A stretch of DNA of 64,000 nt, taken from positions 21,534-85,533 of the forward strand of contig CAMTUB010000009.1 in assembly GCA_947084835.1 (NCBI GenBank), written 5' to 3'. Position numbers and translations under genes: made by a program. Shown here piece after piece: positions 19,949 through 28,284 of this stretch. The notes beneath the pieces are model-generated. The model was not told the DNA's origin and made no database searches. It was given only the letters and a program-made list of their open reading frames with translations. The first letter of the stretch is position 1. Each line of letters opens with the position of its first letter. Origin of the DNA: an uncultured Bacteroidota bacterium. GTDB lineage: Bacteria; Bacteroidota; Bacteroidia; UBA7662; CAMTUB01.

Positions 19949-21901
19949 TTACCAGAGCGTTTTTAAAACATCTTGATTTACATTGATTTTGTATTTCTTT
20001 TCTAGGTTTTTAATCCATTCTTTCTCTAAATAGTTCTGATAATCAGAAGTCATAATACCCCTAATTTCATTCAACAACTTAGGTTCTGGCTTTAAAATTT
20101 TATTCACCTTAACAAAAACTACATTTTTGTCTATCACTACATTATCAGACAAGCCTTCTTTCCATTCAATTTTTGAAAAAACATCATTCATTGGTTTTTC
20201 AAATTTTCCATCAGCAATGCGCAGATTTAAAGAGTTCTTTTTATTAATTGAGGTAAGAACTGCTTCATTATTCATTTTTGAATCCTTTGCAAGCTTACGA
20301 ACACTTTTCGCCACTTTTTCATTTAAACAGGTGTAAATAACAGCATCTGCCCTTTCATTCCACAAATAATTGAACTTGTTTTTCTCGTAATACTCTTGCA
20401 GGCCAGCAGTATCTGTTACTGCTCTTGACCAAACTTGTTTATCTGTTAAATCGAACAATAAAATTCCTTCGCGATACTCACGAACTAAATTTCTAAAGTC
20501 AGCATATTTCGATTCTAGTTTTGAATCTTCATAGTCTAATACTGTTGTTTCAACATACTGATCAAACATTTTGTTTAAAATAACATTTCTATCGCCAGTT
20601 ATTGGACCGCTTTGATTGTCTTCTAGCCAAGCAGCAAATTTGGTTTGCGAATAGTTAATGCTGTCTAAAACAAAAATAGGCATAGTAAGTTTTGATGTAC
20701 TCGAAGCGATAAAGTTCCCCGACATAAAACTTGTGTCTAGCGCTTTGAAAAAATCTTCTTTTGCCTTTGTAAACTCTTTGTATTTATATTCTTTTTTAAG
20801 CCTAACAACAAAAGATTTTTTGTTCAAAAACGTTCTGCCATCTCTTGAAACTTTCTGTTCCAACTCAGTTTTCATTTGATCAAATGACTGAATAGTTTTG
20901 CTTTCTAAACGCTTTATGATATGCCAGCCATACATAGTTAATACAGGCTCTGAAACATCCCCATCTTTTTTCAAGTTGAAAGCTGCATCTTCAAACTCAG
21001 GCACCATTCTGCCAGATCCAAACCAAGGCAACTGACCACCGTTTCGTGAAGTTGAATTATCTTCTGAAAACTGCTTTGATAATTCTTCAAAACCTCCTCC
21101 TTTTTGCACCAACTCGTAAATCTCAAATATTTTACGTTTTGAAATTGCTTTCATGCTATCCGTATCCGATGGCTTTACCATTGTCATGATATGAGCAACA
21201 CGCAGCTCGCCTCTTGTAGGGCGCTTATCTTCAATCCGTACAACATGATATCCAAACTGTGTACGAAAAGGCTCCGAAATTTTACCCACAGGTAAATTAT
21301 AAGCAACATTTTCGAATGGATATATCATTCTCAAAGCTGTAAAATAACCTAAATTACCAGAATTGTCTTTAGCGGATGGATCTTCGGATAAGTCTTTAGC
21401 TAGCTTAGCAAAATCTTCGCCTTTGTTAAGTCTTGCTTTTATTTCTAAAATCTTTGCAAAAGCCTTAGCAGTATCTTTTGGAGAAGCATTTTCATCAACA
21501 CGAATCAATATATGACTCGCTTTTACTTCAAATTTTAAACGGTCGTATGCCTCTTGAACAAGCTTTCCAGACGATTCTTTATCTGTTAAATAAGGTTGCG
21601 CTAATTGCCTTCTATACATTCCAAACTCATTAATAAAAGTCTGGTTTGTATCTAGTCCTAAGCTGTAAGCCTCTTTAACCTTCATTTTAAACTTCTTGTA
21701 TAAATCAAGATATTCTAAAACTTCTTTTTCAGTTGGCTTTGCTGATTTGTTATTGTTTTTCTTAAAAACTGCGTCAAACTCTTCAACGGTTACAGGTTCA
21801 TTATTTATGGTAAATAATACAGCCTTTTGATTCTGAGAAATGGCATTAAACCCTATTAAGGTAAATAATAATGCTAAAACACTCAACTTCTTTGTCAACA
21901 T
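19949..21901 (-). CDS. Peptidyl-prolyl isomerase with two parvulin domains (PpiD/SurA-like)
   Basis: 650-aa ORF with a signal peptide and two parvulin modules (GNLGYFTALRMIYPFE...FGYHVVRI and GGQLPWFGSGRMVPEFE...YGWHIIKR). Confidence 0.85.
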   Translation of the reverse strand: MLTKKLSVLALLFTLIGFNAISQNQKAVLFTINNEPVTVEEFDAVFKKNNNKSAKPTEKEVLEYLDLYKKFKMKVKEAYSLGLDTNQTFINEFGMYRRQLAQPYLTDKESSGKLVQEAYDRLKFEVKASHILIRVDENASPKDTAKAFAKILEIKARLNKGEDFAKLAKDLSEDPSAKDNSGNLGYFTALRMIYPFENVAYNLPVGKISEPFRTQFGYHVVRIEDKRPTRGELRVAHIMTMVKPSDTDSMKAISKRKIFEIYELVQKGGGFEELSKQFSEDNSTSRNGGQLPWFGSGRMVPEFEDAAFNLKKDGDVSEPVLTMYGWHIIKRLESKTIQSFDQMKTELEQKVSRDGRTFLNKKSFVVRLKKEYKYKEFTKAKEDFFKALDTSFMSGNFIASSTSKLTMPIFVLDSINYSQTKFAAWLEDNQSGPITGDRNVILNKMFDQYVETTVLDYEDSKLESKYADFRNLVREYREGILLFDLTDKQVWSRAVTDTAGLQEYYEKNKFNYLWNERADAVIYTCLNEKVAKSVRKLAKDSKMNNEAVLTSINKKNSLNLRIADGKFEKPMNDVFSKIEWKEGLSDNVVIDKNVVFVKVNKILKPEPKLLNEIRGIMTSDYQNYLEKEWIKNLEKKYKINVNQDVLKTLW

Positions 21902-21942
21902 ATTTTTATTAACTATTTTTATTTATTGTAAATACTTAATCG

Positions 21943-21950
21943 CAAAAATA
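21943..21950 (-). promoter_or_regulatory. Candidate -7 box (TATTTTTG) for the PPIase-MoxR operon
   Basis: Exact TAnnTTTG on the minus strand, 41 nt upstream of the ATG at 21901, in the divergent intergenic region shared with comF. Confidence 0.3.
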
Positions 21951-21974
21951 AGTCATTCAAAATCTATATTCAAT

Positions 21975-22694
21975 ATGAAATTGTTGTTAAATTCCATTAA
22001 AAATACAGGAAATATCCTTACTCAATTTATCTATCCAAAAATCTGCCATGCGTGTGATGGTGTACTTTACACCCATGAACATATTTTTTGCACCAAATGT
22101 AGGGTTAATTTTCCAAGAACAAACTTTCATTGGTTTCCAGAAGACAATCCGGTTACCAAAACATTTTGGGGCAAAACCATAATTAGATATGGTTTTGCCT
22201 ATTTGCTTTTCTCGAAAGATAGTAAAACCCAAACCTCATTGCACCACCTTAAGTATCACAACAAAAAGGAGGTAGCCTTTGAGTTTGGTAAAATATATGG
22301 ATCTGAACTAAAAGAAAGTAACCTACTTAACGATGTAGATTACATTTTCCCAGTTCCGTTACATAAAGACAAGCTTCTAAAGCGAGGATTCAACCAAAGT
22401 TTATTATTCGCTGATGGCCTTTCATCTGTCTTAAATATACCAGCAACAGACCAATTTTTACTTAAAACTCTAGCAAATGAAACTCAAACCAAAAAAAACA
22501 GAATAGAGAGATGGGATAACACAAAAGATGTTTACACCATCTTAAATCCCGAAATATTAAAAAATAAAAAAATCCTATTAGTAGATGATGTAATAACTAC
22601 AGGGGCTACTATTGAGTCTTGTGTAAAATCCCTTCTTATATCTGGGGTATGCTCTGTCGATGTGGCAAGCATCGCATATACGGGTAGGATATAA
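21975..22694 (+). CDS. ComF family protein (phosphoribosyltransferase domain)
   Basis: Start moved to ATG 21975 (MKLLLNSIKN). The track extension overlaps the divergent gene. N-terminal Cys cluster CHACDG...CTKC and PRT motif ILLVDDVITTGAT. Confidence 0.8.
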   Translation: MKLLLNSIKNTGNILTQFIYPKICHACDGVLYTHEHIFCTKCRVNFPRTNFHWFPEDNPVTKTFWGKTIIRYGFAYLLFSKDSKTQTSLHHLKYHNKKEVAFEFGKIYGSELKESNLLNDVDYIFPVPLHKDKLLKRGFNQSLLFADGLSSVLNIPATDQFLLKTLANETQTKKNRIERWDNTKDVYTILNPEILKNKKILLVDDVITTGATIESCVKSLLISGVCSVDVASIAYTGRI

Positions 22695-22773
22695 AAAAAG
22701 AGGGCATCCTTTTTTTTGTCTAAATTTTTATAATGGCACAATAATTGGTACTTTTCTTGATTAAACCACGATT

Positions 22774-23622
22774 ATGAAACTCCGCATCCTTTTTTTTGCA
22801 TTAGCGTCATTTATAAATACAGTAAGTGCACAGGACAGAACTAGCTTAATTGTATTTAATAACGCATCTGATAAGTTTAGAGTTTTTTTAAATGGTAAAC
22901 TTCAAAACAAAAATTTTGAAAAAAGTGTTGGCATGAATTATTTGCCATTAAATACAAATTTAATTCGTGTTGATTTTGAAAATCCTAAGCTGCAAAGCGT
23001 AACTAGGAAAGTTTTTTTAAGACCTAACGAAGAAAACTACTATCAAATTAAGCCTTTAAAAGCAGGTATGATGCAACTTAGGCCAATTGCCAAAACCACC
23101 TACGATTATCTTAAAAAAAATGAGGTTGTTTATGTTAATGATGTGCCACAAGTAGAAAATCCTAATCCTAGGATTGTAAACGATGTACCTCCAACTCAGG
23201 GCGCAAATCCAAGGGGACTTAACGATATTCGAACTGGATTAGAAAACCCAGATAAGTTTGAAGAAGGCCCGAATGGTAAAGCTTTAGACGATAAGTATTA
23301 TGGAAATACCAATAATACATCTACAAACTGTAGAGTAATTATGCCGAATTCTAATTTTTTACCTGCGAAGAAACAAATTGAGACTAAAAAGTTTGATGAA
23401 ACACGCCTAGAAGTTGCAAAACAAATAACCCAAGCCAACTGTTTAACATCTGATCAAATTAAAGAAATTGCAAGTTTAATGACTTTTGAAAGTAACCGTT
23501 TAACGTATGCCAAGTTTGCCTACAGTTATTGTGCAGATAAGCGTAATTATTTCAAGGTGAATGATGTTTTTACTTTTGAGTCATCAACCTTAGAATTGAT
23601 AAATTATATCAAAGGAAAATAA
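22774..23622 (+). CDS. DUF4476 domain-containing secreted protein
   Basis: Signal peptide. C-terminal region (FDETRLEVAKQI...LTSDQIKEIASLMTFESNRLTYAKFAY...VFTFESS) matches the DUF4476 pattern as I recall it. Confidence 0.6.
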   Translation: MKLRILFFALASFINTVSAQDRTSLIVFNNASDKFRVFLNGKLQNKNFEKSVGMNYLPLNTNLIRVDFENPKLQSVTRKVFLRPNEENYYQIKPLKAGMMQLRPIAKTTYDYLKKNEVVYVNDVPQVENPNPRIVNDVPPTQGANPRGLNDIRTGLENPDKFEEGPNGKALDDKYYGNTNNTSTNCRVIMPNSNFLPAKKQIETKKFDETRLEVAKQITQANCLTSDQIKEIASLMTFESNRLTYAKFAYSYCADKRNYFKVNDVFTFESSTLELINYIKGK

Positions 23623-23623
23623 G

Positions 23624-24124
23624 TTAGGGTTGTTTTTCTGTAGGAAAGTTGTAATTGTAATCTCGAATTTTAAGTTTCGAATTTGGGTTGATTTTGTGCA
23701 TTTTGGTTGATGCATATAACCAAACACTACCAATTGCCAGAGAACTGCCTCCTATAATTAGTCCTCGGTTTTTTATTTCTTGGGCATAGTCGCCTTTTGC
23801 AGGGTAAATAAAATGCAGTGAGCTAATAAAAAGTCCACCAATCATTATTTTAATTGAATTTGCTACCCCGCCCCAGTGTGGTTTGCCAATTTTTACAACT
23901 TGATTTGGTGTAAACCAAACGCCAGACACCAAAATACTGTCTAGGTTTAAAGCGTCAATGGGTCCAATTAGTATTTTGTTTCGATCCGTTATTTTTAAGC
24001 GAACAACATCGTGAGTAAAAAACCGAGTAGCCTTTCCTCTACTGTTTCTGTACTCTAAACAGGTTTGAGAAATACCGCTTGCAGCAGAAAAAAGCAAAAC
24101 AAAAAGCAGAATTGGTTTCAACAC
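23624..24124 (-). CDS. Hypothetical membrane protein
   Basis: 166-aa ORF with a signal peptide and two or three hydrophobic helices. No recognisable family. Confidence 0.5.
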   Translation of the reverse strand: MLKPILLFVLLFSAASGISQTCLEYRNSRGKATRFFTHDVVRLKITDRNKILIGPIDALNLDSILVSGVWFTPNQVVKIGKPHWGGVANSIKIMIGGLFISSLHFIYPAKGDYAQEIKNRGLIIGGSSLAIGSVWLYASTKMHKINPNSKLKIRDYNYNFPTEKQP

Positions 24125-24189
24125 CCTTAAAGATAATTAAGTTTATCAAACATTGTAGATTAAACCATATTATTAGCGGTTTCCGTTTT

Positions 24190-24197
24190 TATCTTTG
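24190..24197 (+). promoter_or_regulatory. Candidate -7 box (TATCTTTG) abutting the glyQS start
   Basis: Exact TAnnTTTG ending 5 nt before the ATG at 24203. Confidence 0.4.
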
Positions 24198-24202
24198 TGC
24201 CC

Positions 24203-25660
24203 ATGAGCAAACAGGACGATCTTTTTAAAAACGTTATTTCACACTCAAAAGAATATGGTTTCGTTTTTCCATCGAGCGAAATTTACGATGGGCTAGGAGC
24301 AGTTTACGACTATGGACAAAATGGAGTTGAATTAAAAAACAACTTGCGACAGTATTGGTGGAAATCGATGGTGCAAATGAATGAAAATATTGTTGGGTTA
24401 GATTCTGCAATTTTCATGCATCCTAAAGTTTGGAAAGCATCTGGGCACGTTGATGGTTTCAGCGATCCAATGATTGACAATAAAGACAGCAAAAAAAGAT
24501 ACCGTGCCGACCAATTATTAGAAGATAAAATTACCCGTTACGAAAAAGACGGCAAAACCAATAAAGCTGAAGCATTGCAAACCGAGCTCGATGATGCTCT
24601 TGTTGAAAATGATTTAGTTCGCCTAAAACTGTTAATCGAAACCCATGAGATTGCTTGTCCTATTTCAGGTACGCGCAATTGGACAGATGTGCGCCAATTT
24701 AACCTAATGTTTAGTACTCAAATGGGTGCAATGGCTGAAGATACTGATCAAGTGTATTTACGCCCAGAAACCGCTCAGGGCATTTTTGTAAACTACCTAA
24801 ATGTGCAGAAAACCGGAAGAATGAAAATTCCTTTCGGGATAGCACAAACAGGAAAAGCTTTCCGTAACGAGATTGTTGCTCGCCAATTTATCATGCGTAT
24901 GCGCGAATTTGAGCAAATGGAAATGCAGTTTTTTGTACGTCCTGGAACTCAGCAAGAATGGTTTACCCATTGGAAAAATACCCGTATTCTATGGCATCAA
25001 AAGCTTGGCTTTGGCGATGATCAATACCGTTTTCACGAGCACGTAAAGTTGGCGCATTATGCAGATGCAGCTGTCGATATCGAATTTAATTTCCCTTTTG
25101 GATTTAAAGAGTTAGAAGGCATACATTCGCGTACCGATTTCGATTTAAAAAGTCACCAAGAATTATCAGGTAAAAAAATCCAATACTTTGATCCTGAAAT
25201 AAACGAGAACTATACGCCATACGTAGTAGAAACGTCAGTAGGGTTAGACCGCTTGTTTTTAACTGCACTTTGTGCGGCTTATAAAGAAGAAGAAATAGAA
25301 TCGGACGGAAAAGTTGAAAAGCGCATATACTTAAAATTGCACCCGATGCTAGCTCCAATTAAATTGGCAATTTTGCCGTTAATGAAAAAGGATGGTTTAC
25401 CAGAAAAAGCACGTGAGTTTATGAACGAACTTAAGCTAGATTACACCTGCCATTTCGAAGAAAAGGACAGCATAGGGAAACGATATCGCAGGCAAGACGC
25501 TGTGGGTACCCCGTATTGCATTACCATAGATCATCAAACCTTAGAAGACAATACAGTTACAATTCGTTTTAGAGATACCATGGAACAGAAAAGATTAACT
25601 TTTAGTGATTTAAAAGTGCTTTTAGCTGAGAATTTAAGTTGGAAAGCCTTGTTGAGTTAG
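24203..25660 (+). CDS. glyQS: Glycine--tRNA ligase (class II, homodimeric type)
   Basis: ATG 24203 (MSKQDDLFKNVISHSKEYGFVFPSSEIYDGLGAVYDYG) is preferred over GTG 24197. Class II motifs run throughout. Confidence 0.95.
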   Translation: MSKQDDLFKNVISHSKEYGFVFPSSEIYDGLGAVYDYGQNGVELKNNLRQYWWKSMVQMNENIVGLDSAIFMHPKVWKASGHVDGFSDPMIDNKDSKKRYRADQLLEDKITRYEKDGKTNKAEALQTELDDALVENDLVRLKLLIETHEIACPISGTRNWTDVRQFNLMFSTQMGAMAEDTDQVYLRPETAQGIFVNYLNVQKTGRMKIPFGIAQTGKAFRNEIVARQFIMRMREFEQMEMQFFVRPGTQQEWFTHWKNTRILWHQKLGFGDDQYRFHEHVKLAHYADAAVDIEFNFPFGFKELEGIHSRTDFDLKSHQELSGKKIQYFDPEINENYTPYVVETSVGLDRLFLTALCAAYKEEEIESDGKVEKRIYLKLHPMLAPIKLAILPLMKKDGLPEKAREFMNELKLDYTCHFEEKDSIGKRYRRQDAVGTPYCITIDHQTLEDNTVTIRFRDTMEQKRLTFSDLKVLLAENLSWKALLS

Positions 25661-25683
25661 AAAAGGTTCAATAATATATAAGC

Positions 25684-25717
25684 AAAAAAAAAGCTAAGTT
25701 TAAAACTGAGCTTTTTT
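25684..25717. terminator. Bidirectional terminator between glyQS and the T9SS-CTD gene
   Basis: A-run, then stem AGCTAAGTT / AACTGAGCT (one mismatch, 3-nt loop), then T-run. Confidence 0.65.
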
Positions 25718-25718
25718 G

Positions 25719-26102
25719 TTATTGGCTGGTTTTGAGAAAGGTTTTGGTTAAAACCAAATCTCCCGAAATGAGCCGAATTATGTATTGTCCTCTTGGTAAT
25801 TCATCCAAAGAGAAGGTGGTTATGTTTTGATTGGTTGATTCAGAAATCAGCTGCTTTCCAATAATGTTGTAAACAGTAATTGTAGCTTCTTTAACTCCTT
25901 CGGGCTTTTTGATATTTATTTGATTAGAAGCAGGATTCGGATATACAGACAACACATGTTTGCGTATATCGTTCTGGTTTATTTGGTTGGATACCATAGA
26001 AGCCTTAGTAGAATCCTTATGTTCTTCGTTGCTAATGTTTGTTTGTGCAAATGCAGACATTTTTAACAACAGTATCGCAATAAGTGTAAGAATTGGTTTC
26101 AT
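25719..26102 (-). CDS. Small secreted protein consisting of signal peptide plus T9SS type A C-terminal sorting domain
   Basis: 127-aa ORF. MKPILTLIAILLLKMSAFAQ, then a ~30-aa linker, then a CTD pattern (LSVYPNPASNQINIK...ITVYNIIGKQL...LPRGQYIIRL). Confidence 0.75.
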   Translation of the reverse strand: MKPILTLIAILLLKMSAFAQTNISNEEHKDSTKASMVSNQINQNDIRKHVLSVYPNPASNQINIKKPEGVKEATITVYNIIGKQLISESTNQNITTFSLDELPRGQYIIRLISGDLVLTKTFLKTSQ

Positions 26103-26162
26103 AGCATTCGTTTTGTATATAGGGGCAAAAACCGTGCAAAAGTTTACAGCAATTGAAAATAA

Positions 26163-26855
26163 TTATAAAAGTCCTTCATCCGCAAAGCTAAAGTACCCTG
26201 TGTCTGTAAAAATTAAATGGTCAAATAGCTTAATATCAATAAATTGCGTTGCACCTTTTATTTTATTGGTTAAATCTATGTCAGCTTGGCTTGGTTTTAA
26301 ATTACCAGATGGGTGGTTGTGCATCAATATAAGTCCAGATGCTTGCAACTCAATACAGGGTTTAAGAATTACCCGAGGGTCTGCTACGGTTCCGCTAACG
26401 CCACCCGTGCTTATTACGAAGTGTTGCATAACTTTGTTTGCCCGATTTAATAGCGCAATTGCAAAATTTTCTGTTTTTAATTCAAGAAATAGATTGCTAA
26501 AGCGCATGTATACATCTTTACTTGATGTTATTGGGCTTTCTACTTTCTCAGAATTAGCCTCCTTTCTTCGCCTGCCGAGTTCTAATGCTGCAGCAATATT
26601 AATGGCTTTGGCTTCTCCAATTCCTTTGAATTTTTTTAAATCGGATAATGAAAAATGCCCTAATTTGTCGAGACTGTTATTGGCTGCTGCTAATAGGTTT
26701 CTGGCTAAATCTACTGCAGTAATATTTTTAGTGCCAGTGCCAATCAGAATCGCTAAAAGTTCTGTATCGGTTAGTGCTTGCCGCCCTTTGTGTGCAAACT
26801 TTTCTCTTGGGCGATCTTCAATTGCCCAGTTTTTTATTCCATTAAACGATTCCAT
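26163..26855 (-). CDS. radC: RadC-family JAB-domain protein
   Basis: Start moved to ATG 26853-26855 (MESFNGIKNWAIEDRPREK). HhH region and JAMM motif HNHPSG...S..D. Confidence 0.88.
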   Translation of the reverse strand: MESFNGIKNWAIEDRPREKFAHKGRQALTDTELLAILIGTGTKNITAVDLARNLLAAANNSLDKLGHFSLSDLKKFKGIGEAKAINIAAALELGRRRKEANSEKVESPITSSKDVYMRFSNLFLELKTENFAIALLNRANKVMQHFVISTGGVSGTVADPRVILKPCIELQASGLILMHNHPSGNLKPSQADIDLTNKIKGATQFIDIKLFDHLIFTDTGYFSFADEGLL

Positions 26856-26900
26856 ATAATTTTTATATGAACTAAAAGTAATCGAAAAATGGTCAAAAAA

Positions 26901-26922
26901 AAAGGAGGCCAAAGCCTCCTTT
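26901..26922 (-). terminator. Intrinsic terminator of rpsT
   Basis: AAAGGAGGC-CAAA-GCCTCCTTT stem-loop. A run of T follows on the minus strand, 17 nt after the rpsT stop. Confidence 0.8.
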
Positions 26923-26939
26923 TTATAAATACTTATATA

Positions 26940-27194
26940 CTAAGCAAGTTTGTTAACTTTCTTAGTTAATTTCGATTTTTGGTTAGCAGCCTTATTCTTA
27001 TGAATAATGTTGTTTTTAGCTAAACGATCTAAGCGTGATATAACTGTTTGAAGCATTGTGTTTGCTTCTATTTTGTCAGTTAAAGCCTTAAGTCTTTTAA
27101 CAAGAGTACGTGTTGTCTTTAATTGATAACGATTACGTAAACGTCTAACTGCTGTTTGACGAATTCTCTTTAGGGCTGATTTGTGATTTGCCAT
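26940..27194 (-). CDS. rpsT: 30S ribosomal protein S20
   Basis: 84-aa basic ORF. MANHKSALKRIRQ... is the canonical S20 N-terminus. Confidence 0.95.
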   Translation of the reverse strand: MANHKSALKRIRQTAVRRLRNRYQLKTTRTLVKRLKALTDKIEANTMLQTVISRLDRLAKNNIIHKNKAANQKSKLTKKVNKLA

Positions 27195-27215
27195 GATCTC
27201 TTTCTAAACGGAATG

Positions 27216-27223
27216 CAAAGTTA
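27216..27223 (-). promoter_or_regulatory. Candidate -7 box (TAACTTTG) for rpsT
   Basis: Exact TAnnTTTG on the minus strand, 21 nt upstream of the rpsT ATG. Confidence 0.45.
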
Positions 27224-27258
27224 TAAAAGTTTATCAGATTATAAAACACTTGTTGCAA

Positions 27259-28284
27259 TTATTCTTGATAAATAGCAGAAATCACGGTTTGACCTACTGC
27301 TTTAAGTGTTTTTTTATCAACGTTTGTTATGTTATCATCGTGGGTATGCCAATATTCCCCAAATCCACTGTTCGTTTTGTCGTCTCGGTGTATGATATCG
27401 AGCATTGGAATATTGATGATTTTGTTTACATAGTAATGGTCGTCAATTATTGCAGGCGTTTCTTTATTAATAAAATAGCTGCCATAACCCAAGTTATTTG
27501 CTATGTTCCAAATTGATTTAGTGCGATAACTAGCGTAATAACGCGATACTTCTTCTTGGGTAAAAGTAGCTCCAGGTGCACCAACCATATCCAAAAGTAT
27601 TCCAAAACGTGCAGAATAGCCACCAACATGAGGGTTTTTTGCCCAGTATTGAGACCCTAAACAATACGAATCTTTCATTTCGGGGAGCAAGCTATTTTCG
27701 GGTTGTCCATAATCTTCAATATCGAAAAGGATAATGTCTACACCAACTCTTGTGGTATCGATTGATAAGTTACGTGCAATTTCTAATAAAACAGCAACTC
27801 CGCTAGCTCCATCGTTAGCACCATCAATTGGTTTGCCTTGGTTTTTAGAGTCTTGATCAGCAAAGGGCCTTGTATCCCAATGCGCAGAAAGCAAAATTCT
27901 TCTTTTTTCGGTTGGGTTAAATTGTGCGATGATATTTTTCAAGGTGTGCGTTTTGCCATCAAATGTTTGTATTGATGCTGATTGAACAGAAACATGAGGA
28001 GTGTAGTTTTTTAGCGTATTTACTAGCCATATAGCGCATTTTGCATGACTAGGAGTTGATGGAACCCTTGGGCCAAACTGGACTTGTTTTTGAACTAAAT
28101 CAAAAGCATTATCCTCGTTAAATACGGGTATTTTAATGGGCACTTCTGGTTTTTCAACAATTTCTTCAGAAGAAGGTTGTTTTTCTTCCTCGGTTTTTTT
28201 TTCAGTATTACAACTTGAAACGATAAACGCAAAAATTAGGAAACTTAAAGCAGCAAGCTTTGGGGTTATTTTATATACGTCCAT
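27259..28284 (-). CDS. M28-family peptidase / glutaminyl-cyclase-like lipoprotein
   Basis: Lipobox FIVSSCN and an M28 metal-ligand context (SAHWDTRPFAD, GANDGASG, IILFDIEDYG, WHTHDD). Confidence 0.8.
   Translation of the reverse strand: MDVYKITPKLAALSFLIFAFIVSSCNTEKKTEEEKQPSSEEIVEKPEVPIKIPVFNEDNAFDLVQKQVQFGPRVPSTPSHAKCAIWLVNTLKNYTPHVSVQSASIQTFDGKTHTLKNIIAQFNPTEKRRILLSAHWDTRPFADQDSKNQGKPIDGANDGASGVAVLLEIARNLSIDTTRVGVDIILFDIEDYGQPENSLLPEMKDSYCLGSQYWAKNPHVGGYSARFGILLDMVGAPGATFTQEEVSRYYASYRTKSIWNIANNLGYGSYFINKETPAIIDDHYYVNKIINIPMLDIIHRDDKTNSGFGEYWHTHDDNITNVDKKTLKAVGQTVISAIYQE

Noticed and set aside
21840-21974. 45-codon 5' extension of the comF ORF overlapping the divergent PPIase gene start
   Set aside because: The extension is hydrophobic junk across a promoter region. 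ATG 21975 gives a normal ComF N-terminus.
22704-22798. 15-mer GCATCCTTTTTTTTG present twice, 80 nt apart (22704-22718 and 22784-22798)
   Set aside because: More than half of it is a T8 run. One copy is a weak terminator-like element after comF and the other encodes residues 4-8 of the next protein. This is most likely coincidence or low complexity.
25960-26859. 299-aa plus-strand ORF, one of the longest unexplained ORFs in the track
   Set aside because: It lies exactly antisense to the confidently identified radC and T9SS-CTD genes and spans their intergenic gap. Its composition (Ser/Leu/Ile/Cys/Phe-rich, no motifs) is typical of a shadow frame.
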